A stretch of DNA of 64,000 nt from NCBI GenBank assembly GCA_038239825.1, contig JBBSEJ010000001.1, positions 40,232 to 104,231 on the forward strand. The letters are read 5' to 3'. Positions 62,486-64,000 of the stretch are shown piece by piece. The notes below the pieces were generated by a model, which ran no database searches, had not been told where the DNA came from, and worked only from the letters and a program-made list of their open reading frames with translations. Source of the stretch: Gaiellales bacterium. GTDB taxonomy: Bacteria; Actinomycetota; Thermoleophilia; Gaiellales; Gaiellaceae. The first letter of the stretch is position 1, and each line of letters opens with the position of its first letter. Made by a program: the position numbers and the translations under genes.

Positions 62486-63615
62486 CGCTCGAGCTGCTCG
62501 ACGACGGCGTCTCGTCCGTGCCGGGCCAGAACGTGCTCGCGGGCGCGTGCGCCGATCGCTGCCGCATCGCCGAGCGCCGTCACGACCGCAGCGCGGATCG
62601 TCTCTCGCTCGGCCCGAACGACGAAACCGCCTCCTGCATCCTGGAGGCCTGGAATGTCGGCCTGCTCGGTCAGCACGACGGCGGTCCCGGCGGTCGCCGC
62701 CTCGAGCGAGGCGACGGAGGTCTCCTCCCAGTGGCGAGGCGTGAGACAGAACACGTCGGCATCGGCATACGCATCGAAGCGCTCACTGCCGTAGAGCGGC
62801 CCGACGAAGCGCACGCTCCTCTCGGCGAAGAGACGAGCGAAGCGCGAGCGGAGCTGGTCGAGCTCCCCGTCGTCACGACCGACGAGCACGAGCGACGTGC
62901 CCGCGCCGAGCAGGGGCTCGACCGCCTCGATCAGCAGGTCGACGCCCTTGAGCCTGTTCACGCGCCCGAGAAAGAGCAGGAGACGCTCGTTCGGCTCGAT
63001 CCCGAATCGCCCGCGGAACGCGCCGGCAACCGGCTCGCGATCGATCCTCGGCAGCGGCAGCGGCAGCAAGTGGATCGACTCGGCGCGGCCCCCGAGCTCT
63101 GCGTAGAGGGCGGCCTCGTGGCCGGTCTGGGCGAGCAGGAGCGGCGAGCGCCGGAGCATGGGCCGGACGAGACCGAGGTCGTAGACGTCCTTCACCGCAC
63201 CGCGCAGGCCGACGGATCGTGGGAGCGAGCCGAAGGCGGAAACCGCGAGCGGGGTGCCGTGACGCGACGAGGCAAGGTGCGCCGCTGCGGCGAGGTACGT
63301 GCGCGTGTCGGTCACGTGAACCACGTCGTACCGGCCTGCGCAGCGGAGCAACGACGAGAGCAAGCCGAGCGGGAGGTACTTCTTCGTGCGCCAGGCGAGC
63401 TCGTTGCTGAGATTCGGGAAGCGACGAACGCGAACGCCGTCGAGCATCTCCCGCAGCGGCTGTGTGCGCGAGGACTCGTCGAGCACGTCGGTCGTGAAGA
63501 CGTCGACGGAATGCCCGCGCGCGGCGAGGCCCGCGGCGTAGGCATGCATCACTCGCGGCGGGCCCCCGTACGACCAGGCGGGCGCGAAGTACGGAGTGAC
63601 CTGGAGAAGCTTCAT
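62467..63615 (-). CDS. GT4 family glycosyltransferase
   Basis: 382 aa. MKLLQVTPYFAPAWSYGGPPRV N-terminus, NRLKGVD, PRHWEETSVASLEAATAGTAVV. Confidence 0.88.
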   Translation of the reverse strand: MKLLQVTPYFAPAWSYGGPPRVMHAYAAGLAARGHSVDVFTTDVLDESSRTQPLREMLDGVRVRRFPNLSNELAWRTKKYLPLGLLSSLLRCAGRYDVVHVTDTRTYLAAAAHLASSRHGTPLAVSAFGSLPRSVGLRGAVKDVYDLGLVRPMLRRSPLLLAQTGHEAALYAELGGRAESIHLLPLPLPRIDREPVAGAFRGRFGIEPNERLLLFLGRVNRLKGVDLLIEAVEPLLGAGTSLVLVGRDDGELDQLRSRFARLFAERSVRFVGPLYGSERFDAYADADVFCLTPRHWEETSVASLEAATAGTAVVLTEQADIPGLQDAGGGFVVRAERETIRAAVVTALGDAAAIGARAREHVLARHGRDAVVEQLERYLLAL

Positions 63616-64000
63616 GCGGCGATCAGCCGATCGATGAGCGACCGGTAGCGCGCGAGGGCGACCGCTCGATCGGCCTCGCGCTCGACGTACTCGCGACCGC
63701 GACGCCCCATCTCCTCGAGGTCGAGCCGCCCGCCGTGCGCGTCGCGGATCGCAGCGGCCAGCAGGTCGGGCCGGTCGGGCGGCAGCACGACGCCACAGCC
63801 GACGTCCTGGACGAGGCGGGCCGTCTCGCTGTCGGCGTCGGCGGCCACGATCACCGGCCTCGCGACGGCAAGGATCCCGTACAGGCGACTCGGGACGACG
63901 AATCCCGACAGTCCACGCGCAAGGCCGACGTAGTGGATGCTCGCAGCCCCGAGCGACTGGGACAGCACCTCACGCGGCTGGTACGGCATGAACAGGATCT
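63612..64000 (-). CDS. GT4 family glycosyltransferase (WcaI/WbuB-like), 3' part only; 5' end beyond the right edge
   Basis: The reading frame is open to the window edge. GFVVPSRLYGILAVARPVIVAADADSETARLV matches the C-terminal lobe of WcaI-type GT4 enzymes. Its stop overlaps the next start (ATGA). Confidence 0.75.
   Translation of the reverse strand, partial: ILFMPYQPREVLSQSLGAASIHYVGLARGLSGFVVPSRLYGILAVARPVIVAADADSETARLVQDVGCGVVLPPDRPDLLAAAIRDAHGGRLDLEEMGRRGREYVEREADRAVALARYRSLIDRLIAA

Noticed and set aside
1-64000. tRNA, rRNA, integrase, phage or toxin-antitoxin/defence genes
   Set aside because: No T-loop-like GGTTCGAATCC-type signatures or rRNA-like low-GC structured stretches were seen. 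No ORF has recombinase, nuclease/helicase defence or toxin motifs. The window appears to be purely metabolic and envelope-related.

Overview
High-GC (~70%), very gene-dense bacterial chromosome segment. Actinobacteria-like traits are F420 biosynthesis genes, many GTG/TTG starts and about two dozen 4-nt ATGA/GTGA/TTGA start-stop overlaps; the taxon is inference only. The left ~7 kb is mostly housekeeping: npdG (partial)-cofD-cofC for F420, a PolX/PHP repair protein, and hemE-hemH. An ABC ATPase gene (wzt) is translationally coupled to hemH. From ~7.8 kb to the right edge the window is one very large cell-envelope glycan locus. It holds 13 GT4/GT-B glycosyltransferases, 5 GT2, 2 CgeB-like GTs and 5 polytopic GT-C-like proteins plus one possible remnant. 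It has three different polyprenyl-phosphate initiating transferases: a WecA-like fusion, a WbaP-type enzyme and a small PglC-type enzyme. Export and assembly genes are Wzm/Wzt, two MOP-type flippases, a Wzy/O-antigen-ligase-like protein and a Wzz/PCP-like protein. Sugar-nucleotide enzymes are a Gmd-like dehydratase plus Fcl, UXS, three further SDR epimerases and a DegT aminotransferase. Also present are three SAM methyltransferases, an ATP-grasp ligase, a secreted clan GH-A hydrolase and two tandem PQQ-like beta-propeller envelope proteins. I recognised no rRNA, tRNA, CRISPR array, transposase, integrase or phage gene. The observations most worth follow-up are: (1) an overlap-coupled operon (51937-59294) joining a phosphoglycosyl transferase, ATP-grasp, two extracytoplasmic beta-propellers, an epimerase and a PCP-like protein, with no recognisable flippase or polymerase; (2) a ~49-nt intergenic repeat family present as a 4-copy tandem array (19071-19323) and in inverted orientation 13 kb away (32377-32425); (3) a perfect 14-bp tandem duplication exactly at the wzy/wzx junction, where loss of one unit would fuse the two ORFs in frame; (4) a WecA-CapD-N-terminus chimera; (5) Gtr-like modules (GT2 + DUF2304 + GT-C). 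All functional calls rest on motif recognition by eye; no database search was possible.
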